From the IMG/VR virus record IMGVR_UViG_3300032289_001431, positions 8,532 to 72,531 of that record: a stretch of 64,000 bases of DNA; one strand, given 5' to 3'. Below the pieces are notes generated by a model. The model made no database searches and was not told the DNA's origin. It saw only the letters and a list, made by a program, of their open reading frames with translations. Origin of the DNA: a virus. Shown here piece after piece: positions 1 through 9,837 of this stretch. The stretch's first letter is position 1, and each line of letters starts with the position of its first letter. The position numbers were made by a program, and so were the translations under genes.

Positions 1-684
1 AATCAACTTTTAATTCTTAAAACTAACTATAATAAAACAATAGGACTTGTTCCATGGGGATATGATATTACAAAAGTTCCTCATTGTGATATAATATTTG
101 GTCATTTTGAAATATCTTCTTTTTATATGAACACATATAAAGTGTGTGAACACGGACATTCATATAAAAATATGTTTGATATTGGTGATTGTATAATTTC
201 GGGTCATTTCCACAAAAAAGATAACAGAAATTATGAAAATAATAAATCAATTACATACTTAGGAAGTCCATATCAACACAATTTTGGCGATATACATGAT
301 ATCAGAGGAATTTATATTTTTGACATATTAAACAATACTTTTCAATTTATAGAAAATGATATTTCACCCAAACATTATAAATTATCTATAAAAAAAGATA
401 TAGATGAGAATATAGTTAAAAACAATTTTGTTAGTATTGTTATCGATAATGATATTGAAGAAGATGAAATAAATTCATACGCAGCTAAAGTAGCATCATT
501 TAGCCCTAAAACATTAAGAATAGATTATGATGCCGAAAAAACAAGCATAGAAACACGCCAAGATGCGGAACTTGATAGTTCTAATTTACTCAAAAGCATT
601 GATGAATACATTGAAACATTGGATATAGAAAATAAAAAAGAAGTTGTAGAATATATAAAAGAGATGTATAATTCTTTAATATGA
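1..684 (+). CDS. gp47: Recombination endonuclease subunit, T4 gp47/SbcD/Mre11-like metallophosphoesterase (5' truncated by window)
   Basis: Frame is open from base 1 (NQLLILK...LVPWG...IFGHFE). Motifs SGHFH and YLGSPYQHNFGD..RG.YIFD are typical of gp47; the gp46 partner lies downstream. Confidence 0.9.
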   Translation, partial: NQLLILKTNYNKTIGLVPWGYDITKVPHCDIIFGHFEISSFYMNTYKVCEHGHSYKNMFDIGDCIISGHFHKKDNRNYENNKSITYLGSPYQHNFGDIHDIRGIYIFDILNNTFQFIENDISPKHYKLSIKKDIDENIVKNNFVSIVIDNDIEEDEINSYAAKVASFSPKTLRIDYDAEKTSIETRQDAELDSSNLLKSIDEYIETLDIENKKEVVEYIKEMYNSLI

Positions 685-1430
685 AAGATATAGGAATAGC
701 AATTATAGACGTTTATAGTCAAAATGACCTTGATTTATGTTATAAATCAATTCCAAATGAAATTGAAAACATAATCGTAATCTCAAATACTAGTAATAAA
801 CTCCCTGATTGTGATAAAAAACAATTTAGCTCGACTATACCATTTGCAACTTTAAGAAATTGGGCAATTAATTATTTTAGAATAAAAGGTTTAAAACATT
901 ATTTTTTAATTAATTCAAATCACAGTTTAACCGATTCTGAAATTTTTAGCAAAATAATAAAAAACGCAGAAGTGTTTGGAACTTGGTGTTTTCTCGGACC
1001 AGAAAAAACAACTCTTTCAATTGAAGATGATGAACATAATATTACATTAAATCTTAGTAATAAAATTAACAGTGATTTTATATATTTGTTTAATGGTATA
1101 GTTTCAAATATAGGATTTTTTGATGAAAGATTTTTTAATACAAAAGATCTTGATGTTTTAGATTATATCAAAAGAATGATAGATAAAAAAGTATTTCCAC
1201 CCGTTGGTTATATTCCAATTATAAAAGAAGGTTTAGTTAAATCGGAATCAAACATAACAAAACCAAATTATAAAGAAATAGATAATGCAGATCAAAGTGT
1301 TAATATGGCATATGCTTATTTCTTAAGCAAATATCAATACATACCCACTCAAAATGATCCAAAACCAGTATCCAACGAGGAATTAATGGCATCTTTAGAA
1401 AATATACAGAAAAATTATGCAAAAAAATAA
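681..1430 (+). CDS. GT2-like glycosyltransferase paralog, possibly catalytically degenerate
   Basis: IGIAIID N-terminal strand, ATLRNWAINY, and IGFFDERF...DVLDY (GT2 C-terminal motif). Lacks the acidic EDD/DxD seen in neighbours. Confidence 0.6.
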   Translation: MKDIGIAIIDVYSQNDLDLCYKSIPNEIENIIVISNTSNKLPDCDKKQFSSTIPFATLRNWAINYFRIKGLKHYFLINSNHSLTDSEIFSKIIKNAEVFGTWCFLGPEKTTLSIEDDEHNITLNLSNKINSDFIYLFNGIVSNIGFFDERFFNTKDLDVLDYIKRMIDKKVFPPVGYIPIIKEGLVKSESNITKPNYKEIDNADQSVNMAYAYFLSKYQYIPTQNDPKPVSNEELMASLENIQKNYAKK

Positions 1431-2238
1431 AATAGGACTTGGTTTAATAACATGTGATAGACCAGATTTTTTCAAAAAATGCTACTCTTCGATAAAAACT
1501 ATCAATGATAAATGTTTTGTAGTTGTTGATGATGGTAATACGTCTATAAAAGATTTAATAGATTCGGAAGAAAATTCCATACGTTACATTAAAACCAATG
1601 GAAAAGAGGGTGTAGCTGTTGCTAAAAATAAAGCATTGCGATATTTGATGGATTGTGAATGTGAACACATTTTTTTAATGGAAGATGACATTATTATAAA
1701 AGATAATAATGTTTTTAATGCATATATTAAAGCTTCAAATGAAACGGGAATTAAACATTTTAATTTTGGTTTACATGGTAATCATAATTTGGATCATCTT
1801 GGTCGCCCCGTTATACAAACAACTATAAATTATCCAAATAAAATAAGAATAAGTCTATTTTCTAACGTATTAGGTGCTTTTAGTTATTATCATTATGATG
1901 TTATTGATAAATGTGGATACATGGATGAATATTTTTACAATGCACTTGAGCACGTAGATCATACATACCAAATAATAAAAGCAGGATATCATCCTCCGTT
2001 TAGATGGTTTGCTGACATTGAAAATTCAACGCTTTACATACAAGATATTGTTAAAAATCATGATCAAAGTAAAATAAGATCACAAGATGATTATATGAAA
2101 AATTTTGTCAGAGCATTAGATTATTTTTTAAGTAAAAATAAATTTTCTGTTGTTCAGGGTTATGGAAGACCCGAAACAATAGCATCCGAAAAAGAAGTAA
2201 TTGAAAGTTTAAAAAAGATTTATAATGAACACAAATAA
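1417..2238 (+). CDS. Glycosyltransferase family 2
   Basis: LITCDRP, VVVDDG, GVAVAKNKAL, HIFLMEDD, GYMDEYFYNALEHVDH. Confidence 0.85.
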   Translation: MQKNKIGLGLITCDRPDFFKKCYSSIKTINDKCFVVVDDGNTSIKDLIDSEENSIRYIKTNGKEGVAVAKNKALRYLMDCECEHIFLMEDDIIIKDNNVFNAYIKASNETGIKHFNFGLHGNHNLDHLGRPVIQTTINYPNKIRISLFSNVLGAFSYYHYDVIDKCGYMDEYFYNALEHVDHTYQIIKAGYHPPFRWFADIENSTLYIQDIVKNHDQSKIRSQDDYMKNFVRALDYFLSKNKFSVVQGYGRPETIASEKEVIESLKKIYNEHK

Positions 2239-3001
2239 AATTGGCGTTGGTATAACAACTTATAATTCAGAAAAATATTTTAAAGCTTTATATGAATCGC
2301 TTCCGCTTTCAAATATTGAAGAATTAGTTGTTGTTAATGGTGGAAATCAATATGAGGGAAAATACGCTTGTCATTGGATACAACATAATCAAAATTATTA
2401 TCCAGCCGTATGTCGAAATGATGCCATTAATTTTCTTCTAAATAGAGAATGCGAACATATTTTCATCATAGAAGATGATATGATTATTAAAAATTCTAAT
2501 ATATTTAAAAAGTATATAGAAACTTCAAAAATATCAGGAATTAAATATTTTTCATATGTTAGTATGTCTTGGGATTCGGGTTCACCTTATAAAAGAACAC
2601 CAAAATTGTCTGTAAATTATTCAAAAGATATTGGTGTATCTTTTTATAAAAACATGTGTAATGAATTTACATATCACCATCATTCTTGTTTTCTTAAAAA
2701 TGGATTATATGATACTCAATTTAGAGATCCTTTTGATATTGATATGGCTTATAGAGAATCTCAACAAGATTATTCTTCTTTGTTTTGGTGGTTTGCTGAT
2801 ATTAAAAATTCAGATGAATATATAGAAAACAATCCAGACGCAACAAGTCGATTACAAACCGAACGTCCAGATGGTTCAAGACAAGAAACAATTAATAACC
2901 AATGGAAACTTTTTTTTAAAAAACACGGATTAACTGTAAATCAAATACCCGAACCAACAGAAAAAGAACTTTTAAACAAACTAAAAACAATAAAGCCGTG
3001 A
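2225..3001 (+). CDS. Glycosyltransferase family 2
   Basis: ITTYNSE, LVVVNGG, AVCRNDAI, HIFIIEDD, GLYDTQF; clear paralog of 1417..2238. Confidence 0.85.
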   Translation: MNTNKIGVGITTYNSEKYFKALYESLPLSNIEELVVVNGGNQYEGKYACHWIQHNQNYYPAVCRNDAINFLLNRECEHIFIIEDDMIIKNSNIFKKYIETSKISGIKYFSYVSMSWDSGSPYKRTPKLSVNYSKDIGVSFYKNMCNEFTYHHHSCFLKNGLYDTQFRDPFDIDMAYRESQQDYSSLFWWFADIKNSDEYIENNPDATSRLQTERPDGSRQETINNQWKLFFKKHGLTVNQIPEPTEKELLNKLKTIKP

Positions 3002-3771
3002 AAATATCAATCGGAATTAATATTTTTCAATCTTATAAACGTCAAAATCAATGTATTGAAGTTTTAAACGCATTAACTCGTAAATACAATGAGATAAATT
3101 TATACAATATAACATATATAGATCAAACAAATAAAACTTGTGGGTTTAAACATCTTCCTTTTTTAAAAAGAAAATGCAAAGATATTATTCAAAATTCTAC
3201 TTCTGAAAAACCAATAGCTAAAGATTTTTTTGATATATTAGCCGATACTAGTTGTGATTATTTTATCTTTTTAAACAGCGACATTTTATTAGCAGAAAAA
3301 ACAATAAAACTCATTTTAAAAGGTGAATATGAAACTTATTTTTTTTCAAGACATGATTGTTATCCAATAGAAAATATTAACAATATTGTACCATTTAGAA
3401 TAGAAATAGCAGGGTTTGATGCTTGGGCCGTTAAAAAAACATGGTGGTTAGAAAATAAACAAAATTTTAACGATTATGTATATGCTGAACATTTATGGGA
3501 TGTTGCGTTTTCATTAGAAATGTACAATAAAAGTAAATCTTTTATAGGAAATAAAGATGTTTATCTTTGTCATGAAAAACATGATTTAAAATGGAACGAA
3601 TTTTCACCAGAAGCTTTACATAATACAAAATTATGGGAAAAATCACCATATTCTAAAAATTGGAAAAAATTTATATACGAGAATCTTGTAAAAAGACAAC
3701 CATATGGTATGTTTTTAAACCCACTTCTTAATGAAGAAGAATTAGAAAAAAAATTACTTAAAGTGATATGA
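2998..3771 (+). CDS. GT-A fold glycosyltransferase-like protein
   Basis: KISIGIN start, DYFIFLNSDI (xxD motif), GFDAW, WDV; GTG start overlaps upstream TGA. Confidence 0.6.
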   Translation: MKISIGINIFQSYKRQNQCIEVLNALTRKYNEINLYNITYIDQTNKTCGFKHLPFLKRKCKDIIQNSTSEKPIAKDFFDILADTSCDYFIFLNSDILLAEKTIKLILKGEYETYFFSRHDCYPIENINNIVPFRIEIAGFDAWAVKKTWWLENKQNFNDYVYAEHLWDVAFSLEMYNKSKSFIGNKDVYLCHEKHDLKWNEFSPEALHNTKLWEKSPYSKNWKKFIYENLVKRQPYGMFLNPLLNEEELEKKLLKVI

Positions 3772-4415
3772 AAATAAAACATTACACGTTTTTTAGTGAT
3801 AGTCATAAAATATTTTTAAAATATTTTTTAAATTCTTTTCCATTTGATTCTTCAATAGATTTAATAATAAGATATATTCCACAAGAATGTAAATCGGCAG
3901 AATATGAATCAGAAGGATTCGACAAATCAATGAAAAAAAAAGTTGAATTTATAAACAATGCTTTTGATGAATTAAAAAATAATGATATTTTCATTTTTAC
4001 CGATCCTGATGTAATTTTTATTAAACCATACAAAGATTTATTTTTAACAGAAATGGGAAATTCTGATATAATATTTCAATCAGACGTTGGAACGGCATGT
4101 ATGGGAATATTTTGTTGTAAAGTATCAGATAAAACAAAATTTTTCTTTAAAGATTTATATGATAAACTAGATAATTTTAAACACGATCAAGATGCGGCAA
4201 ATGTATTATTAAGAATAAAAAATTATAATTTAAACATTAAATTGTTTTCACATAAAATTTTTAATTACGGATTTAATGGTGTTCGATATGAAGGCGAAGA
4301 TAAAATTAACATTCCAAACGATATTGTATTATTACATGCTAATTTTGCAGTAGGCGTTGAAAAAAAAATCAAGTTAATAAAATTAACATTAGATCAATTT
4401 AAAAAAAATATATGA
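3768..4415 (+). CDS. Nucleotide-diphospho-sugar transferase (GT77-like)
   Basis: KKVEFI, FIFTDPDVIF, DIIFQSD, CMGIF, DQDAAN, LHANF..G.EKK match the Nucleotid_trans pattern. Confidence 0.75.
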   Translation: MKIKHYTFFSDSHKIFLKYFLNSFPFDSSIDLIIRYIPQECKSAEYESEGFDKSMKKKVEFINNAFDELKNNDIFIFTDPDVIFIKPYKDLFLTEMGNSDIIFQSDVGTACMGIFCCKVSDKTKFFFKDLYDKLDNFKHDQDAANVLLRIKNYNLNIKLFSHKIFNYGFNGVRYEGEDKINIPNDIVLLHANFAVGVEKKIKLIKLTLDQFKKNI

Positions 4416-5080
4416 TTATTGGTAATGGTCTTATTGCTAACAGTTTAAAAGAAATAGATAACAATAATTTTATTTTTTTTGGAAGTGGTGTTTCAAACTC
4501 ACTATCAACAGATACAAAGGAATTTACAAGAGAAAAAAATTTATTATTACAAACAATAAAAGAAAATAATTTTAAAAAAATTATATACTTTAGCACATGT
4601 GATGTTTATGATTCATCAAAACAAAATTCTTTATATTTAAAACACAAATTAAACATGGAAGAAACAATTAAACTTAATTGTAAAGATTGGATTATATTTA
4701 GAGTTTCACAAATCATCGGACATGGTGGGAATAAAAACAATCTTCTTTATAAATTATGTTCAAATGTTTTTTCTGAATATAGCTTTGTATTATATTCAAA
4801 TTATGAAAGAAATTTAATTGATATTAATGTTTTTAAAAAAATTATTTTAATGTATTTAGTCGCATCTAATAAAGTTATTAACATTGCTAATCCTTTAAAC
4901 ATAAAAGTAAGCGAATTAATTAAATTAATTGAAGAAATAACAGGTAAAAAAGCAACATATGAAATTAATACCGATAAAAATACGTTTGACATACCATTAG
5001 ACGAATCTTATCCTTATTACATTTTTAATTCAAATTATTATAGAGATACAATAAATTCTTTTTTAAAAAAATTTAATTAA
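4412..5080 (+). CDS. Short NAD-dependent epimerase/dehydratase-like protein
   Basis: MIIGNGLIA, FGSGVSNS, YFSTCDVYD, YLKHK (YxxxK), IFRVSQIIG. Confidence 0.8.
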   Translation: MIIGNGLIANSLKEIDNNNFIFFGSGVSNSLSTDTKEFTREKNLLLQTIKENNFKKIIYFSTCDVYDSSKQNSLYLKHKLNMEETIKLNCKDWIIFRVSQIIGHGGNKNNLLYKLCSNVFSEYSFVLYSNYERNLIDINVFKKIILMYLVASNKVINIANPLNIKVSELIKLIEEITGKKATYEINTDKNTFDIPLDESYPYYIFNSNYYRDTINSFLKKFN

Positions 5081-5100
5081 AAACAATTTTAAACATAAAA

Positions 5101-5982
5101 ATGATTAATGAAAAATATCACAACGAAAGTTTAGTAAATCCACCATATCCACCATATCACGAAGGATATGATTTGGAATCTTATTTCATAAATTATTATT
5201 TAAACAATAAAAATAAAATAGATTCTACTGGGTGGAATTTTCTACCAATCAAATGGACTCATATATACAATCAAAGACCAGATTTATCTAACAGTTTACA
5301 ACAAGTTTTAAATAACCTTGATTTGAATAAAAAATATTTTACAGTTTCGCAACATGATGATGCACCTGCACACAAATTACCACCACAAACAATAAATTTT
5401 TCAGCGGGTGGCAATCAACCTGATACCATTCCAATACCTCTTATATCTTCTCCTATAAAAAATATTAAAAATACACAAAAAAATATATTTTGTAGTTTTG
5501 TAGGAAGCGTTAATCAAAACATGCCGGGAAATGCTGCTATTGGACATCAAATAAGGATGCAAATGCTTCATACATTGGTTGATAATAAAGATTATGTGTT
5601 AAAACCCAAACATTGGTCACCAGAAATAAACGAAAACAGACAGGATTTGTTTTTAGATATTACAAGTAGAAGCAAATTTACTTTATGTCCAAGAGGATAT
5701 GGCGCATCTAGCTTTAGGATGTATGAAGCAATGCAATTAAATTCAGTACCAGTATACATTTACAATAAAACACCGCATATACCATTTAAAGATGATATAA
5801 ATTGGGAAGATATATCGGTTTTAATAGAAGCAAATGATATTCCACATATAGATTCTATATTAAAGTCAATCAGTGATGAAAAATACAACAAAATAATTGA
5901 CAATATTAAGAACTTTTATCCCAAATACTTTACATTAGAAGCCACTTGTGTTAATATAGTCAAGATTATAAAAAATAAATGA
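5101..5982 (+). CDS. Exostosin-family (GT47-like) glycosyltransferase
   Basis: FCSFVG, SKFTLCPRGYGASSFRMYEAMQLNSVPVYI, PFKDDINW. Confidence 0.85.
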   Translation: MINEKYHNESLVNPPYPPYHEGYDLESYFINYYLNNKNKIDSTGWNFLPIKWTHIYNQRPDLSNSLQQVLNNLDLNKKYFTVSQHDDAPAHKLPPQTINFSAGGNQPDTIPIPLISSPIKNIKNTQKNIFCSFVGSVNQNMPGNAAIGHQIRMQMLHTLVDNKDYVLKPKHWSPEINENRQDLFLDITSRSKFTLCPRGYGASSFRMYEAMQLNSVPVYIYNKTPHIPFKDDINWEDISVLIEANDIPHIDSILKSISDEKYNKIIDNIKNFYPKYFTLEATCVNIVKIIKNK

Positions 5983-6542
5983 AAACTATTTTAGATATAG
6001 GGTGTAATAATTTAGATGGTTTTAAATTGTTAAAGACACAGGAAACAATTAACGATGAAGATGTTAAAATATTCGTAGAAGCTAATCCAGAATGTTGGAT
6101 AGACTTGGAAAGAGATATTAAAAGCATAGAAAATTCATTTTTAATCAAAAAAGCAGTAGATACTGAAGTAAAAACAACAACTCTAATAACTAGAAACGAT
6201 AAAATTAAAGATATTGGAGCGACAATAATGGGTGAAAAATTCTTAACTGATAGTTTGGGACGCTTTAATATTAAAATAGACAAATATAATCATTATAATA
6301 TTGAAACGACTACAATTATTGATATTATTAATGATTTTAAAATCAATACCGAAGAGTGTATTTTAAAATTTGACGCAGAGGGTGTTGAATATGCGGTATT
6401 AAAACAAATTTTAGAAAATAATATAATCTTTAAAAAGATATATTGTGAATTTCATGTTCACAATCAACAAGATGAAAATAAAAGGCAAAATATAATCAAT
6501 AGTTTTAAAGAAAAAAACCAAGAAATCGTAGAATGGCACTAA
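5979..6542 (+). CDS. FkbM-family SAM-dependent methyltransferase
   Basis: ILDIGCN, VEANP, LKFDAEGVEY, IYCEFH. Confidence 0.85.
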   Translation: MKTILDIGCNNLDGFKLLKTQETINDEDVKIFVEANPECWIDLERDIKSIENSFLIKKAVDTEVKTTTLITRNDKIKDIGATIMGEKFLTDSLGRFNIKIDKYNHYNIETTTIIDIINDFKINTEECILKFDAEGVEYAVLKQILENNIIFKKIYCEFHVHNQQDENKRQNIINSFKEKNQEIVEWH

Positions 6543-7396
6543 AAAACATTTTTACCAATTCTGAGTATTTAAAATCAGTTGGAGCAAATCAATCATTTGG
6601 TAATCATTTATGCCATTTAATGTTTTGTCATAATTTCAGCAAAAAAAGAAATTATAAATTAAACATTTGCACAGATACTAATTTGAGTAGTATATTTGAA
6701 TTAGATGAATATAAAAGCACATGGAATAATAATATAGTAAATTATTTTTCAGAATCATTTGTTCATGATATAGAAGAACTTAAAAAAATAGATCGTTTAA
6801 ATTTAAATAAATCTTTAAATTTATTAAATGACGAAACATTAGATATACCGGATAATATTTCTGTAACTGGATGGTTTTATAATACACCATTATATTCTAA
6901 ATCTTTTTTTAATGATATAAAAATAAAAAAAGACATAATTGATTTTTTAAATCAAAACTTTAGTAGAGTTTTTGAAAAAAATTCTATATCAATACATTAT
7001 AGAGGAACCGACTTCAATGGTCATTTGGGATATGATTTAAGATTACCTTTTGAATATTATGAAAAATGCATTCATCACATGATAAAAAATCATAAAAATA
7101 TAAAAAACATTTATGTTTTTACTGATGATAGTTTTGAATGTTTAAAATTAATAGATATTATTAAAAATATTGATAGTTCGTTTAATATAGAACTTATTCA
7201 AAATGAATATTACATAGATTGGGCTTGTTTACATTTTTCAAAAAACATAATATCATCAAACTCATCATTCTGTTCAACAGCATGTATTTATGATAAAGAA
7301 ATTTGCTACCAACCCAATAAATATCAATTAAGAAACACGCCAATTGATGGTGTTTATCCTAGCGAACCATTTTTTAAAAATTCTTATATATTATGA
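6533..7396 (+). CDS. Alpha-1,2-fucosyltransferase-like (GT11)
   Basis: FGNHL, GWF, SIHYRGTDF (HxRxxD), YVFTDD, IISSNSSF. Confidence 0.8.
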   Translation: MALKNIFTNSEYLKSVGANQSFGNHLCHLMFCHNFSKKRNYKLNICTDTNLSSIFELDEYKSTWNNNIVNYFSESFVHDIEELKKIDRLNLNKSLNLLNDETLDIPDNISVTGWFYNTPLYSKSFFNDIKIKKDIIDFLNQNFSRVFEKNSISIHYRGTDFNGHLGYDLRLPFEYYEKCIHHMIKNHKNIKNIYVFTDDSFECLKLIDIIKNIDSSFNIELIQNEYYIDWACLHFSKNIISSNSSFCSTACIYDKEICYQPNKYQLRNTPIDGVYPSEPFFKNSYIL

Positions 7397-7965
7397 AAAT
7401 ATTACAAATAGGCTGTCATACTGGAAATGATCATGTTTATCATTTTATAACTGAAAATTCTAATAATATAGAAAAATTATATTTAATAGATGCTAATATA
7501 TATTCTTTAAATGAATGTAAAAATAACTATGCAAACGTTGATAATGTTAATTTTTTAAATTATGCAATTACACCTACAGATGTTGAATATATTGATATTG
7601 TATTACCCGCTAACGAATTAACATCAAGTCATGTATCAGTATTTGAATCACATTTACACCAACACAATCATAACAATCTTATAAAACAAAAAGTAAAAGC
7701 AGTTAATATAAATAAATTATTTGAAGAATTGAACTTATCTGTAATTGATAGATTTTATATAGACACTGAAGGCTTAGATGTTCAAATAATCAATTCAATA
7801 GATTTTTCTAAAATTGATATTAAAATATTGATGTTTGAATTTATTCATTCGGATGGAACTCTTTCTTGGGGTGGCATAAATTTACATAATTGTTTAATGA
7901 AATTATTAAACTTAGGATATTCCATCATAAAAGAAGAATATAATATTATTGCCACAAAACAATAA
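7393..7965 (+). CDS. FkbM-family SAM-dependent methyltransferase
   Basis: ILQIGCHTG, IDAN, NYAI, IDTEGLD..I, FEFIH. Confidence 0.85.
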   Translation: MKILQIGCHTGNDHVYHFITENSNNIEKLYLIDANIYSLNECKNNYANVDNVNFLNYAITPTDVEYIDIVLPANELTSSHVSVFESHLHQHNHNNLIKQKVKAVNINKLFEELNLSVIDRFYIDTEGLDVQIINSIDFSKIDIKILMFEFIHSDGTLSWGGINLHNCLMKLLNLGYSIIKEEYNIIATKQ

Positions 7966-8014
7966 ATTTAAATAAAACATTTGATTATTCTGGATATTGA
8001 TTTAATATATCAGG

Positions 8015-9808
8015 GTGAAGAATGTAATCTTTAACTCTATAAAGATAAAAAATTTCCTTTCCATTGGAAACAATCCAATTAAAATTGATTTTGCCAAAGG
8101 TATTACTGTAATCACAGGAGAAAATAAAGATAAGGGTGGTAAAAATGGAATTGGTAAAAGTACAATAGCAGATGCAATTTTTTGGTGTTTATTTGGAAAC
8201 ACAATTAGAGAATTAAAAAAAGATAAGATACAACATAACAAAAATAAAGAAGAATGTCAGGCTATTTTAGAATTTACTGTAAAAGATTCTTTAACAACCA
8301 AATATAAAATAACAAGAACTTTAGATCCAACAAAAATAGAAATTTTATGTAATGATCAGGATATTACATTATCAACTTTACCTAAAAACGATGAATTTAT
8401 CAAAACTCTTATAGGTGCTAACGAAGAAGTGTTTAACAATGCAGTTATTATGTCTGCAAATAACACCATTCCGTTTATGGCGCAAAAAAAGACAGAAAAA
8501 AGAAAATTTATTGAAGGAATACTTCAATTAAACATTTTTAGTGAAATTTTATTAAAAACTAGAAGTGATTACAATGATACAAAAAAAGAAAATGATATTA
8601 TTAGTAATATTTTTATTAATCTTCAAAGAGATTTAAATACATTTGAAATTCAATTAGCAAACGAAGATAAAAAGAAACAAGAAAAAATTGATAATTGGAA
8701 TTACAATATTAAATCAAATGAAAAGACAATTAAAGAATGTAAAGATAAAAAATTTCCATCCGTGGATGAGTGTAATAACGATATTAAAAAATTAGAAGAA
8801 CAAATTTTTCTTTTAAAGGAAGGAATCAAAACTTTTTCTAAAAACAAAACAGATACTATATTAAAAAGTTCAAACATATCTGCTGAAATCAATCAACTTA
8901 AAAAAGAAAAACAAAAAATAAAAGATAAAGGTAATACATGCCCAACTTGCAATAGAGAATATTGCAAAGACGATATTGAATCTGTTAATAAAAGATTAAC
9001 AGATATTGAAAATGATATTATAAAATTTTCTAATGAAGAATCGACCGTTAATGAACAAAAAAATTCTTGGGCAAACAAAATAGAAAAAATAGAAGATGGT
9101 ATTGATAAGATTAACAAAAAAATTAAAAATTTAATTCAAATTAAATTAGACATTAAAGATAATGATCATAAAATTTCTAAATGTGAACATGACATTAAAA
9201 ATTTCAAACAATTTATTGTTGAAATTAATAAAGAAAAATCATCAACTAAAGTAAACATAGATAATGTAAAAAAAGAAATACAAATTAATGAAGAAAAGCT
9301 TAAAAACATTAAAAAAGACATGGCAATACTTGATACCGTCAAGTTTATTATGTCTGAGGATGGAGTCAAAAAATACATTGTAAAAAAAATCATCAATATT
9401 CTTAATACAAGACTTAACTATTATTTACAGACGCTTGATGCGCCCTGTAAATGTGTGTTTGATGAAACGTTTGAAGAAACAATTTATAATGAACAAAATA
9501 AAGAATGTTCATATTTTAATTTTAGTGGTGGAGAACGTAAAAGAATTGATACCGCTATACTTTTTACATTTCAAGACGTATTGAGGTGTCATTCTGGTAT
9601 ATCTTTTTCTTTGAATATATATGATGAACTTTTTGATTGCGCTTTAGACGCAAAAGGAACAGATAAAATTCTTGAAATACTTAAAGATAAGGTTGCAAAA
9701 TATGACGAATCAATTTATATTGTATCTCACAAATCATCTGAAATCACAAATTGCGATAACATAATTTTATTAGAAAAATTTAATGGTGTTACAACAATAG
9801 TTAGTTGA
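8015..9808 (+). CDS. gp46: Recombination exonuclease ATPase subunit, T4 gp46/SbcC/Rad50-like
   Basis: KNFLSIG, Walker A NGIGKST, coiled coil with CPTC zinc hook, signature FSGGE, Walker B IYDE, VSH. Confidence 0.95.
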   Translation: MKNVIFNSIKIKNFLSIGNNPIKIDFAKGITVITGENKDKGGKNGIGKSTIADAIFWCLFGNTIRELKKDKIQHNKNKEECQAILEFTVKDSLTTKYKITRTLDPTKIEILCNDQDITLSTLPKNDEFIKTLIGANEEVFNNAVIMSANNTIPFMAQKKTEKRKFIEGILQLNIFSEILLKTRSDYNDTKKENDIISNIFINLQRDLNTFEIQLANEDKKKQEKIDNWNYNIKSNEKTIKECKDKKFPSVDECNNDIKKLEEQIFLLKEGIKTFSKNKTDTILKSSNISAEINQLKKEKQKIKDKGNTCPTCNREYCKDDIESVNKRLTDIENDIIKFSNEESTVNEQKNSWANKIEKIEDGIDKINKKIKNLIQIKLDIKDNDHKISKCEHDIKNFKQFIVEINKEKSSTKVNIDNVKKEIQINEEKLKNIKKDMAILDTVKFIMSEDGVKKYIVKKIINILNTRLNYYLQTLDAPCKCVFDETFEETIYNEQNKECSYFNFSGGERKRIDTAILFTFQDVLRCHSGISFSLNIYDELFDCALDAKGTDKILEILKDKVAKYDESIYIVSHKSSEITNCDNIILLEKFNGVTTIVS

Positions 9809-9837
9809 TTAATACACCATGACTTATAAATTTAAAT

